A stretch of 64,000 nt of DNA from Geosiphon pyriformis uo1. Lineage: Eukaryota > Fungi > Glomeromycota. This document shows positions 13,260-27,271 of the stretch, one piece after another. Within the stretch, counting starts at the first letter, position 1. Every line of letters starts with the position of its first letter. Under the pieces are notes generated by a model that saw only the letters and a list, made by a program, of their open reading frames with translations, was not told the origin of the DNA and did not search any database. The stretch is from NCBI GenBank assembly GCA_016748015.1, contig JAAOMT010000723.1:62001-126000 (forward strand), in the 5' to 3' direction. The position numbers and the translations under genes are program-made.

Positions 13260-16200
13260 GTAAAGTTTGATTTTTTTTTTTAATTTGCCTTACAAGTGTT
13301 GATGAAAAAGAAAATTGAGTCAGAGAAAGAAAAAAAGCAAACGATAAATAAAAAAATCAAACGATAAATAAAAATGAAGAAGAAAGTCAAGAGGCAACTA
13401 AGATAATAAATTAATTTAAAAATCTCTCATCACCTCCATTTTCACTTTATTTCGAATAAAGCTTTCCTGGACTTTTGTTGGAATTAATCTATATCTTAAA
13501 TATTAAGGAGCCATTAATCGAGATTTATAATCGATTATTTTTCCATGCATCAATTTCACGAGGATTGTAGTTTTTTATTATCAGAAAACAATATCATATA
13601 ATTCTGGCAAAAAAAAAATACGTTAAACATTGGCAAACTCGTTCATCATTTCCTTGTTCCCAATTGTAGATAAAGAAATTGTGAAAATGACGAAATATAA
13701 TATTTATACTTTTTCATCAATAAAAATTTGTGAAGTAAACAATCGAATGAAATTCTAGATTTAAAATTCTTTACCGAAGGTGAAGGTTCTAACAATGTTC
13801 ATTTCGCCAGAAATTCTTAGTGATACACTAAATTAAGGATTGATCGATAGTTTTATAATTGAAAAATTAAATAAAGTAATTGTTAGAGCTTGAATATTTT
13901 ATTTTATTCTTGATTATTCTTAAACCAATTAGTATTTATACCAGAGCAAATTAATTATCAAACCATTTTTTATGAAAAAATCTTGTTTTACTTACATTAA
14001 ATCATAAAGTTTTTTTTTTGTAAACATTAATTCATAATTAATTTTTCATAATAAATTAACACTGCTTTATAAAAAATTCTAAAATAAATTTGTGGCTCTT
14101 GATAATATTAAATATACTTTAAACTTAAGAAAGAAAAAAATTTTCATTCTCAAAAAAAAATTATAAAAATTCACATATTGGTGCTTTTATTTTGAAAATA
14201 AAATCTCTTCAAAAAATACAAATTTTATATTTTATTTATCATAAATAAATATTATTTGTACATTAACCAGTAAAAAATACTTGATTAACTTTTTAGCAAA
14301 TATAAATGTCATTATTAAATATTTTTTCAAATCTCAAAATTCTTAAATTATTAAAATGTTATTCCAAATTGCAATAATATAATTTTTCAACCAGAAATTT
14401 AATATTATTTAAATTAATGATAAATATTTTGTTAAGTTAAACCAAAAATTATAGTGAGTGAATTAATAATATATTTTAATATAAATTTATTGATAAAACA
14501 ATAACTTGCAAATATAATTTGTATTCAAACTTGTAAACAATGACAAAAAAATTCATTTTTTAAATATATATTAAACGAATTTTTTTTTACTATAGCAGAC
14601 CAAAAAATAGCAACCTAATTTATTTAAATCTTTTTGTGAATAAGATTTGTTTTTAATAAATTTATATTTTTTAAGATTAAAAAGTTAAATTTGCTTAAAT
14701 TAAAAGTCTTTAAACATAATTCTAAATTATAATATTATTTAAAAGATTTTTAACCATCTGCAATATTGTCAAACTTTTTTTGTCTTTATATATTATCTGA
14801 AAAAAAGTCATGAAATATTTTACATTTTTGTTATTTTGTATCATAATAAAAATAGATTGAAATTTTTATTTACAAATAGCAAAAAATTATAATAAATTTT
14901 CAAATATTTTTGTAAAACTGAATTACGTTTTTATTTTAATTAAAAAACATTAAATCAGTTTGAATATATTAAATTATTAAAAAATCATTCATCGCTATGG
15001 ATTTAATATGAATTTAATTATTAACAAAACATCTTTTTCTACAAAATAATGCTTTAATTTATATTATTTAAGATATTAAGACATGAATAAGATAAAAACA
15101 TTTTAATTTACTTTTCAAATAATTAGTACAATTACTCAATTTTAATTCTATTAAATAATTATGAGATTATTTACAAAAACAACAGACTCCAAAAACAAAA
15201 TTCACACTTCACAAATATTCACAAATTATCTATTATATTTACAAGAAGAATGAAAAAAAGTATGATATATGTTTGTTTGTTTGTTAGATAATAATAAAAT
15301 AAATAATAAAATAAAACTTTTAGTAAATAAAATTACATTTGAATGGCTGTTTATATGTTGAAAATGCATAATTAACGTTTATAGTTACTTAAATTATAGG
15401 TAAAAATAAATAGTAAAAGAATCTTACTTTGTTAAAGTAATAAAAAAAATTAAATATAAACCAAAAATTTATTTATTTTTATTAATCTTTTTTAAAAATT
15501 AGTTTTTAATAACATTAATTGCAAATAATTCTTTGAAATATAATCGATTAATTTAAAAACAAAATTTATTTAAAATATTTAATAAATTTATGATACATAT
15601 TTAAGAAAAACGATAAATAAATAAATAAATAAATAAATAATAATAAATTATTTTACAAATTAAAATATATAATAGCAATTTTCTTTTTAAAAATCTGTTA
15701 GAATAAAAGATTTTGTTTTAAAAAGTGATATAAAAATTATTAAATCTAATATTTTTAAAGTAAATGAATTAACACATTATAAACACTATTCAAAACTTAT
15801 AACAAAAGATTTGATAAATTAAAATTTGTAATGTTATTTAACAAAATCTTGATTAAAAAAAATATATGATAAAATAAATAAAAAAATCAGTTTTTAAAAT
15901 ATTTAAAGTGTTTTTTAAATGATATTTTATTTAAATTATATTAAAATTTATATATTTAATAGCAATAAATAGTGAGAATGAATAATAAAACTTTTCTTAA
16001 TTGTTATTATTATTAAAAATAATAATAATAGTATTATTATTATTAAAAATATACTTGAATACAAAAATTTAGAAAAAAACAATTAACAATAGGTAAAATA
16101 ATTTAAATCTAATAAATTTCAATATAAAAATTACGTACCGATAAATATATTTCTCATTGTGTGTTCTCAAAGATCATATTTGATTCATAAAAGTAATTTG

Positions 16201-17729
16201 GATAAGATTATGTGTGACTACCATATTTTTTAATTTATTTATGGTAAAAATTTATTGGAACTATATAGAATCATAAGATTAAAGATAGGTCAATCAGTTC
16301 ATTCAAAGCAATCTGCTTTTCGCTTTTTTATCTCAAATTTCAAATTTTATTTATATAGACAATGTTTATTACTGCGTAAAGTAATTTTGATTAGCTTGAA
16401 AGAAAATTAGTTACCAAAGGAGAAGTTAAAAATTAAAACATTCAAGATTTCAAGGATTTCTATATTGAAAGTTTATTTTATTAAAACATTATCTATCTGA
16501 TAAGAAACGTTTTTCATTCACATTTAAAAATAAACTTACAATAAAATTATTGAATTTTTGTTAAATTCTCTCAATATTCAAAATTCAAAATTCAAAATTC
16601 CATAGTAGAGGAAAAGATTCTAGTTAAAATCTAACTTCCAGTATCGAACCTCGTATTTCTCGACTTTTTACATATTTATCAAACAATAAAGAGTAGAACA
16701 TTCCTTATAATAGATAATACTCGTATATGAGGCTCATTCAACTTTTTCATGTTCTCAAAGCATTTTCTTTCCCCAGATTTCTATACATATTTTCCAAAAC
16801 TAGTAATTGTCTAGATTCTTTGCCACAGACTTATTATTGTTGATCTTTCCAAACATGAAGAGACTTTTATCTTGCATAAGTCCATATCCAGCAAAAATCA
16901 AAGGTCAATTTTGTTGAACTACTTATCTCTCGTTGGATAGATGGACTTTTTACAGTGCTGTTACTTTCACTGTGTTCCATACTGGAGACACAATGAAAAA
17001 AATAAATTTCCAAATATATGAAATCTCGATTGTTTGATTAACATGTCGACATATGGAAAAATGATGTTCGGTGTTCCGATGATAATAAATGTTCTTTAAC
17101 AACAATAATAACAAGTAATTTTCATGCAGTAGTAGTTTCAAAAAAAAATTGATGAAAAAAGTTAAAAATTAATTTAGAAATATCAATCATCATCATAATA
17201 ATCATTATCAATAAAAACTCTTGATCAACAACGCAAATCATTATCATTTTAGTAACATTCCGGCCTAGAATGCAACTCTTTTCTAAAAATGAAAAAAACT
17301 GTCAACGAAAAATGGTATAACAAAATCCGAAAGAAGAATCGTGTGAACCTAATTCTTTGTCTTTATGGGTATGTGTCTCACGTACAATCTTGTTTTAGGT
17401 TTAGATTCTCAAATCACATATGTAATACGAAACATTTTATGATTTCTAGTATAGCATGGCTGGCTGTTAATTCAACTTCACATGCTATTAGCCTTAACCA
17501 AGTAAAAATAAATCCCTTGCGTCTGAGTCATTTTATTACGCTAGAACAATTCTAAAGATTGATATTAGAAAAATTTGCTTAGTTTCTCTCATGTTGCTGA
17601 TGCTGTTTCAGTGCCACCTTTTGAACTATTATCAAAATTTTAAAGCCACCACACTTTAAAACATTTTAATGCTGGTGTCTGTCAAAACAAGGCTAATATC
17701 TAATGTTTTACCAACAATAGATAATCAAC

Positions 17730-17762
17730 TAACCAACCAACCAACCAACCAACCAACCAACC
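17730..17762. repeat. (CCAA)n microsatellite
   Basis: Directly visible tandem accaaccaacc. Confidence 0.9.
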
Positions 17763-18224
17763 CAACAATACAAACCTCAAAAATAGAAATTTTTTTTTTT
17801 CACTCGTGATATATGATGTGGCGTTAAAAATTTCAGGAAATAAATGTATAATAATTTATCTTTGGGACAAACATTTAACACGAACTGTGGCTCTAAAATT
17901 TCTATGCTGGGTTAATATTTTCTATATCCTTGCTGTTTCTTTACTTTGGGCTGGCAAATAATAAATGACACAATAATCCTTGGTTCATTCATTGTAGACT
18001 GTTTACCTAAAAAGTAAGCTACAAAGCTCTGATAACAATAATAATAAATAATTATACCTGCATTACCATGGTTTTTAAACTTGTCCAATGTCAATCATTT
18101 TTTTGTTTATCTTTTGGCAGTATTACATCGTTGGGATATTACACATACAGAAAGGAACACCGTGCCCGACTAACATGGTAAAAAATATTCTGTTTCACTA
18201 TCTAGTGTATTTATATCATTTTTT

Positions 18225-18312
18225 ATATTATATCATATTATATTATAGTATATTGTATTATATTATATTATATTATATTGTATTATATTTTATTATATTA
18301 TATTATATTATA
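18225..18312. repeat. (ATATT)n pentanucleotide microsatellite
   Basis: Directly visible; explains the YYIIL repeats of spurious ORF 18088-18342. Confidence 0.85.
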
Positions 18313-18699
18313 ATTTATATAAATGCTATTTATTATTATTGATGAATTAAGTAGTGAATCGACAGCCAGCCTGGTTACCTACTACAAATAGATAGGCTAC
18401 TTTGTTATTGTTAATGTAAATCGTGTTAGTAGGTCTTTGACTGAAAAGCCCCCCGGAACGAAAAAATAAATAAGAATGTCCTAAGCCCTACGACCCACCA
18501 TGATGAATAAAGAGAATGAATCTGTGATTCCTTTTTACTTAAAAACTGGCTTTTTCTTTTCACTTGAAAATTTGAAAATTTAATTCTTTTTGACAAAGAT
18601 TCAAGAATAAAAGGCATCATCAAACGTTATTTAGTTTCCAAATAAAAAAAAGAAGACATTTATTAAAAAAGCGATACTCACACAGAAATAATTTGAAAA

Positions 18700-19529
18700 A
18701 TGTTGTTTACAAAATTGTTTAATAATAATCGTACAAGTCAAATTGACGTTGACCAAAAATTAAGTTCAGAAACATATCAAGAATATATAAGAAAAGAAAA
18801 TTTTTTACCAGAAACGTTATCACAACCATTAACACAAACACCAAGAACTTCTATATCTTCAACGAAAACTTTGACCCCTTCTCAAACACGATTTTCAACT
18901 ACATCAAAATCATCTACTTTATTATCACGATCAACATCATCAACATCATCATCATCATCATCATCAACACCTACTACATCTTCATCACTTAAAGAATCAT
19001 ATTCATCAAAACCGCAGCTACCAATACAAGATGCTGTGAAATTCGTTTGGCCCTCGCCAACACGACAATGGTATCATCAACATAAGCCGTATTTCTCACC
19101 AAGCAAATACGTTGAACTTAACTCCGAAATTGATTTACAAAAATCTTATGATGAGATTGTAATCGTATGGAGAGTTGATGGAAGCGTAGGATTATTTGTT
19201 AAAAAAGAAAAGAATAAAGCGAACGTTAAAGATAAAATGAGGAAGAAAATATATGGTGGAACGAAAAAATTTTGTCATGTGAGTTTTCAAAAATTTTATT
19301 TTTTAATAGAATATAATTAAATGAATAAGAATTGAAATTTAATACAAAACTTTTTATTACAAAATAGGCATTAAAAAATTTCATTTCATGCAATACATCA
19401 TGTTTCGGATCAAAATCAACAAGTAAAAACAACAACAAAAACGATGACAACGACGACGATGATGATGATGATGATGATGAAGAAATGATAAGATGTTGTG
19501 GAGAAGATACTCGATTTCTAGTTCCATAA
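18700..19529 (+). CDS. Hypothetical Ser/Thr-rich protein, 246 aa, 2 exons (18700-19278, 19368-19529)
   Basis: An 89-nt GTGAGT...TAG intron (19279-19367) joins KKFCH|ALKNF in phase 0. Exon 2 reads ALKNFISCNTSCFGSKS...poly-D...EEMIRCCGEDTRFLVP* with TAA at 19527-19529. Confidence 0.75.
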
Positions 19530-19632
19530 AAATATATTTTACTTCTATTCTAAAAACTTAAATTACTTTATATTTTCCAGTGAAAATTCTTTGTAAATTT
19601 TAAATTTTTCCCTTTTTACAAAAAAAAGTATT

Positions 19633-19638
19633 ATAATG

Positions 19639-19669
<31 letters not shown>

Positions 19670-19697
19670 TAATAACAATAATAACAACAATAACAAT

Positions 19698-19742
<45 letters not shown>

Positions 19743-19797
19743 AATAACAATAACAACAACAACAACAACAGCAATAATAATAATACTAATAATAACT
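19633..19797. repeat. Compound (AAT)n/(AAC)n microsatellite
   Basis: Directly visible; source of the poly-I/T ORF 19636-19854. Confidence 0.95.
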
Positions 19798-21126
19798 AGA
19801 CTAAAAGATTCATCTTTGAACTTCTCTTATACATTCTGTCTTATTAACACTTAATCCCCCCTCTCCCCTCCCAATTTTGTAAATATAGATCATAAATAGT
19901 AGTATTAGTGAAAGGCTTGATACAATATCATGCTTTTTGTCGCTCGTCTGATTTTTAGTAGCATATGTAATTTTAATTGTGATGTTTAGAATTTGAATTT
20001 CAAGTAAATTTTAAGTTGACCAGGTTTCGTTCTTTGAATAAATTTTCAAATCCCAAGATCTGAAGAAATCAATAAAATCTCTCAAGGGACTCATTCAGTA
20101 AAACTGGTTATCACTAATGAATAATCGACACAATAATTGAACTTGTGATTTTTAACAGACTGTGCCTAGCTAAAGCGGTGCCTCATTAGTAATAATATTC
20201 ATTTTCTTACGGGTGTCTCGTGCCAAAAAAGCCTCTTCATTACAAGGTGGAATAACGACAACTCGTGTTAATAATTTGTTTGACAGGTAGATGATGATGA
20301 TGATGCATGTATGTATGTGGGAATAAACTGTGAGAATTGTCGAGCCAAGTTTTGTCAATTTTTCCATAAATTTTATTACTCTTTTCGCTTATAGCCTCGT
20401 GAAATTTAAATTATGATACGGAAAATCAAAACCACTGTATACCTTGTAAACTTTAAAGAGCCAAGCGTTTATCTTTTTTTACCGGGGTCAATATTGTTCA
20501 ATTCCCAGAACACTATATATCATCAATATTACCGCGTTTTACCCGTCAAGAATATCAGGGTAAGTTTCCTTTTTCGTGGATTATTTAGTGATACTCGATT
20601 GTCTGCTTTTGTTTGGGGATGTTCACCACGTTCTTCCTGCCAGGGCTGCAGATCATTTGGTGATTGGGGAAATTTTGATCAGGTAATTATTACACCTTAT
20701 ACGCGTAAGTGATAATTCATTATTATTATTAGAACCATTATTTTCTTTAACATGAGATCTTATATTTGTATGTAATTATTAATTTCTTTGTATCAATTGA
20801 TTTTATTTACAGTATATTTTTATTTTTACTTAGATTATTTAAAATTTGTTAATAATTATTGTATTGAAATATACTACTTTATGAAAAGAAAATAAAAAAA
20901 ATTATTTCAACACAATTATATTTAATTCTTTTATTATCATGTTTTATTAAATATATATATAAAATATATTTTTTTTTATTAATTCTGTTAAATATCAATT
21001 ATTTGTGAAAACATTAAACCAATTTATAATATTTTATATATTAATGTTTTAACATAATTTTCTAAAAAGTTTACATATATTATAATTTTGTTTTTTATTT
21101 TTTATTATTATTTATATACTTATAGA

Positions 21127-21157
<31 letters not shown>

Positions 21158-21629
21158 AAATTTATGTTAATTCATATAATTTGAAAAATTTTAATATTAT
21201 TTTATTCATATATTTTCTAATATAAATTTTTTAATTTTTTAATTAATGCATATTTTTTAATTAAATTTGGTTAATTAATTTATTTTTTATTATAAATTTT
21301 ATTATAAATTTTATTTATTAATAAATATAATTTAAATATATATTAAACAATATTTTAAAATCAATAATAAATATTTATAATTATTTTATTAAAATTTAAA
21401 AATTATATTAAGTATAATATTACAAATAAAAAAAAATTTTTTATTTAAAAACAAAAATAAATAAACAAAATTGAAATTAATAACTTGGTATAAACTTTAT
21501 AAAAATTTATTGAATTTTTAATATATATATAATAAATTTGTTTGGATAATTTATGGTTAAATTTTGTAAAATATATATTCAAATATAATTATTATTGATT
21601 TTAATATAAAAATACCTATATTTTGTTCT

Positions 21630-24460
21630 AAAGAAACATTTGAAGCTTATATTGATATGATAGTAACTTAATTTATCCTATTGGAATTTACATTATTTAT
21701 AAATTATTGGCTCTTTTTTGATCTTTAAAATTTTTAGAACAATGTAAATCTCATGTGATTTTACAAAAAAATCTATCAATTTAGACAACTGTATTATTAA
21801 AAAACTTGGTCTATATTGAACAATCATCTTGGGTTAACTGTGACCTTTAACATCAACTAAAAAACTATGCGAGAATTTCCATCATAGTCTTCCTTATGAG
21901 GAATGAGTGACAGGCTCGATCCTTTGATTTGAACAAGCAAAAAGGAAACTCTTATATTGCTTCCTGGAAACATTTCAGAAATCGAGAGTGTGATGCGCCT
22001 CCAGGCTTAACCTACCTTTAAATTTATTTTTCTACACAGATGAAAACATATGTATTTTATTTCCTTATTTGTGAAAGTAAAATCACAGAGAGCCCCTTTT
22101 TATTTTGTTTATGAAAACCTGTTTCGCTCTTTGAACAATCCCAGTCAATGATTTTATAATCTATTGGTCAAAAAGGCTTGGGGAATAGTAGCAAAACTCA
22201 AAAATCTATTAGAAAACCTCCTTTATGCCGTAGGAAAGAAACTTTAATTAATAATCTTAAGGCTTTTCAATGAAAAAAAATAACTTTTTATTTGATCATG
22301 GCAACATTACCACCGATGTAGGATGTCCACGATGCTGTATTATTAATTAACTTCTTTTGATGACCACATATTTTTTTCACGGATTTACAAAGGTTTCAAA
22401 TATCCTAAATAAAAATACCTTAAGACTATCTTCCGAGATCTGATTCTTATCTAAAACTAGATTTTCCTAATTATTATCAATTTCCAACAATTATAAAACC
22501 AAACCATTTGGAATATAAAACGTCATTTCCATACGGAAGTTTTCCCTATTTCATAAATTGGGAAATAGGTTCTCAAATGTAAATTCCAGGACAAAGTTAT
22601 AAATGAAAAAATATTGAACCAAATAAAAGATGGAAAAGATGACTGCTAAATAGCTTTTAATTTTTCCACAGATCAAAGTCAGTTCCATAATGTTTTCATA
22701 GCCACGGGGAAAGAATTCAAATGGTGAGTCCAATTAACACTAAACTTCAAAGGATCAACCATAATAACAACTTTTCAGTTTATCGAAGGTAATAATAACT
22801 TTATATTACTTGGAGAACATACTCAAGCCATATACGGTGTGTAAAATTGGAAAAATTTCACCCGTCAACAAAAATCTAACGTAATCCAACATGCGGAGGC
22901 TCGAACATACAATATAAACAGTAATGCAACTACGCCCGACGTGTTGCCTCCTGTTGGAACATGTGCCCAAGCAATTCTCCATCAGTGTTTGAGGCCCTTC
23001 AAACTTGAGCCACCTGCTTGGAATTATTTATGGAATCTTTCAAAAGTTGATGAGGAAAAACTACTACAGGATTCCCTTGATAAAAACAATATTACTCCTA
23101 TATTAAACCTACCAATAGGACTTGAAATTGGGTATGGGTCGAAAAATAGCACTTCAGAAAATTATACGGTATTCCAATGATTACCTCCCTGTATCAAAAT
23201 ATGTAATAATGCACCTTGGGCATCATAAAGACAACAGTATTTCCTCATACGTTGAAAGTATCCAGAGAATCTTTAATAAAACTTAGTCACATATCTATCT
23301 CGAAAACAGTTCTAGTTCAAGAAAGTTAGGGTACAACCTATTTCATATTTCTCTACTTTTTGGAACAATTAAAAAGTGATCTCGTTTTTATATGCTTTGA
23401 TAGTAATCACTTTGTTGCCGCTGGTAATGGTCATACTCTCGAACAATTTAAAAAAGAAATCACACCTCATCTTGATAAAATTAAAATAATACACATTAAT
23501 AAACATTCCGTACCTCCTCAGTAAGAAAAATATATGCCTCGCAGCCATGACATACACCGACACTTGTTAACAGGTTGTATCCAAGAAAATGTGTTTTCTT
23601 ACCTCATTAAACTTGGAAAAATGATAATTGTTGAAACACCACAAGACCGAAAATTTCAAAAAAAAAAAAGGGAAAATTAATCAAATATTTGCTTGGCATA
23701 AAGAGACCTACACGAAAAATGAAGATAGTACGGGCTTTCCAATGCCATATGGATAAAATTCCCCATCTCTATAAGATAGCACGAAAAATTGAAGATATAA
23801 AAAACACACATGAAAAATTGGACATTACAAAAACACCTTCGCCCACACTATCTGTACAAAAATAATAATAATTATAAGGAAAAAGGAAAAGTAACATTTG
23901 ATACAATTACTCTTAAACCGAACAGAGAAAATGAATCTGATGATATCACATTAAAAGAGGTATTTGATATTGGACGACGGCAAAGCATTGAAAATGTCAA
24001 TAGAAAACTTGAAAACACATTGAAAAAAAAATGTAACCTTACAAAAGGACTTCAGTTGTCGTAAGATATGATATTTGGGAAAGGCACCTTATGTCTTGGA
24101 TATTTTCAAAAGAGATCGACAGTATAGCAAAATACGAGATCCAAATTGCAATGTGTTTTCATTTGAAATCCTTTGAGCCTGAACTCCATCATCAAATAAG
24201 AACAACTGACAAAGAAATGATTACCTTTTACCCCCACTAGAAATTTTCAATTTTGAGATGAAACAGATGGCACGTTGGCTCCATTTATTCTTATAGAAAA
24301 TTTTGACCAAACTATTTGCATCTCTTCTAAGCCTTACTTTGGAAATAAGATAAGGTTCACTCGTGGGGCTTTCATGAAAGCTTGTTTTATCTCAACGTGG
24401 ATTAAGTGAGGCTTTCATTACGATAACCATAGTCATAGCCAAAAGCCGAATTTGAGGATC
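21630..24460 (+). pseudogene. Decayed intronless coding region containing an endonuclease IV / AP-endonuclease-2 (xylose-isomerase-like TIM barrel) domain, possibly preceded by retropepsin-like segments
   Basis: EndoIV metal-ligand motifs occur in order across a frameshift: YVIMHLGH (23200-23223), IYLENS (~23293-23310), ICFDSNH (23390-23410), IIHIN (23486-23500), SHDIH (~23543-23557), IIVETP (23624-23641). Many stops and frameshifts; the outer limits are approximate (GC-richer island). Confidence 0.7.
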
Positions 24461-24799
24461 GAGTAGTATTTAAAATTAACATTAAAATAGTTATTAATCT
24501 CAACCATTACGTGAGAATTTTCAAAAATTTTCATCATAAAATATTTCAAACCATTTATATAAAAGTATATAATTATATAATTATTTATGTTTAAATTAAA
24601 GTTTTAATAATAAATAATTATTTTCAACATTATTATGTATATAAACATTAAAATATAAAAACAATTTTTATATTTGTAACAAAATTTTTTTTTAACTTAA
24701 AATAGATAAATAAAAATTGTTTCAATAATTAATTTTAAATAAATTGTTTTTATAAAAAATTTTATTTAAATTAAATTATAAAAAAAAGTCTTTTTCTTT

Positions 24800-26945
24800 C
24801 ATATTCTAATAACCACAACCAGAGCAAAGAGTAAAAAAACCCCATTTCTTTTTTTTTCTATTGTTTTAATAGTTTTAACATTTAGGAAGCTCTCTTAAAA
24901 ATAGAAGTATTTTTCTAAAACACTTTTCTTAAAAAATAAAAACACAAAAACAGTTAAAGACTGTTGTTAAAACATTATTTTTAGTTTTAAGCATAAGTTT
25001 TTTTTTTAAGTAATCAACTAAGATTAAACTTAATGTAATTATTATTATTAATACAAAAAGTCTTAAAAACAAACCAGTAGTAAAACTATTATTTTTATTA
25101 ACAACTTTTCTTATCATTTTTAAATAGCCAAAAAAACCAAAAAACCAACCAATTTTTTTGAGATAATTAAATAATATATTTCTCTTGATGTCTATATTTT
25201 ATTTAAAATTTGTTTTTTCTTTTATAAGAAATAAAACATTGCTTTTTTTCAATTTTTTTTATGTTTTTACCAGCTTTATTACAATTGTACAAATTATAAT
25301 GCCCAACTTAAATTTGGTTGTAAAAAATAGTCTTTTTTTTTATTAGAATAATAGTAATAATAACACATTTGTTAAAATTAGTTTCAATTAATACATGGTT
25401 GAATTGCTTAATATTTTGAATTTTGATTGATAATTGTTAATTTTAAAAACAAAACAAGTCATGTTTTTACATATAACTTTAATTAATTAATTTATTAACT
25501 CATTTAATCTTAAAAATTAAACTAATTAAATAAAAACTAAAACACGGTTTTTTGATAATATTATTGGTTTTGATAATATTTAAAAAATATTTATTAATCA
25601 TTAAAGGTTTTTTAAATATATAGTATTTACTTTAGTGCTTAGTAAAACTGTTAAAATAAAATTGGCTTATATTAAAATTGTGTTTTAATTTTTACATGGT
25701 TTATTAGATTAAAATAAATTATTAAAAACAATATTAAGCTTTTTTATATAAAATTTATATTTGGTTGTTTTAATTATTCTGAAAATTGCAAAATTTTTGG
25801 GTTTGTTTTTGTTTTTATTACTATTGTTTCTTATAATGTTTTTTCAAAAACTATTTTAAATAATGATAATAAAATTTTTTAAGTTGAAGTTTACTGATTA
25901 ATAATAATGTAGTATTGTGTATTTTAAGTTTCATATGTTTTTAAATATTAGTTTAATTTACTAATTAATTTTTATAAAAAAAAATAGTACTAGAATTTTT
26001 TTTTAATTAGAAAAAAGCTATTATTTTAAAAAAACCAAGTTGGTAAATTTTTTTGATTATGCTATCTTTAAAATTAGTAAATTAGTTTTCCGAATAAATA
26101 ATTATACTTGTTTTCTAATTTCCAAATTCTTTTTAATGTTTAAAATATGTTTATTGTTATCTTTGATTTTTAGAAAAGCTTAGATAAAACTATTGTTAAA
26201 ACTAATATTTTAGGAAAAAGTCATATTTAATGGAAAATTTTGGGTTGTTGATGCTGTTTTAAGTGTTAAAATTTAGATTATTTGGTTTTTAAATGCAAAA
26301 TGTCTTTATCTTATTTTTCAAGGTTTTATGTTTAAGTCTATAATTAATTTTAAGATTTTTGAAAATCAATTTATTAAATCAAAATTATATGCCAAAGCTG
26401 TTACTTTTTTAGATTTTTATTGCTGTTATTAATTTTATAGTTAGTTTTAAGTTGGCTGTTTTGGAATTTGAGTTGACAAAATTGGCTTTGCTAATTAGGT
26501 CTATTATTAAGTCTATTAACTTTTTGATTGGTTTAATTATTGCAATTAAAAGCAGATTGACATTTTTGACAGAATTGTAGATGACTTGAGTAAAGAGATG
26601 ATTAATCTTAAGATAAAGTGTAGTGTAGATGGTCTATTTGATAATAATATAAATGTTGATGATAGTTCTATTGTTAGTAAAATTTTTTTTGCTAGGATAA
26701 TGGTTTTCAAGTCTGATGCAAATTTGAATGCCAAATGGTTGGCTGGTTTGATCCTGGTAGTAATAATTTAATTGCAATTATGCAAAAAGATGGCTGTTTT
26801 GGGTAAGTTCTCTTTCTTTAAATTCAACATATTTGGCCTTGACTGGCTCGGGTGGCTGGTTACCCGTAGAAAGTGCATGAGACACACTTATTTTAGAGCT
26901 TTTGGGCTGTATTGTAATAAGTAGTGGTTGGGTCACACTCGTTAA
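24800..26945 (+). mobile_element. Heavily mutated retroelement relic (ORF1/gag-like with CCHC zinc knuckle)
   Basis: 26222-26296 reads HI*WKILGC*CCFKC*NLDYLVFKC, a decayed Cx2Cx4Hx4C knuckle. It is preceded by KLVN...F.IS and followed by YAKA and a long degenerate frame (ORF 26586-26771). It ends at a GC-rich terminal motif (26922-26945) also present at 40258-40281. The left limit is approximate. Confidence 0.65.
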
Positions 26946-27271
26946 TGCAAATAATAAATTATTATAAAAATTGCTTTTTAAATCAAATTTATCAATAAAT
27001 CATCATAATTTATTTGGCAAACTTCTAAAATTGTTATCATGACTTTGAAAATCAAATTTAAAATTGGACATATTTCCTATTTGAAATACCATCACGAATA
27101 TTCATTGTTTTATATTTAATTTTGGGGAACATATCTGGTATATGTGGCTATTTTCACAAATGACCAAAATCTTTTGGAATAATAACGCTAAATAAAAGAA
27201 GTGAAGTTACAAAACAGCATTCTATCATGTCTAAATATTCTTTGTTACTCAAAAAAATTAAAGGCCTCAAC

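Noticed and set aside
16600-17140. Coding-like island on the minus strand
   Set aside because: Stops in all frames and no recognisable motif.
20170-20712. ORFs 20170-20367 and 20413-20712
   Set aside because: No recognisable domain or splice support; may be a decayed fragment.
21850-23200. In-frame TGA codons as proof of genetic code 4 (endobacterial origin)
   Set aside because: TGG Trp codons and TAA stops occur in the same frames, and CGA>TGA decay explains them equally well; undecidable without alignment.
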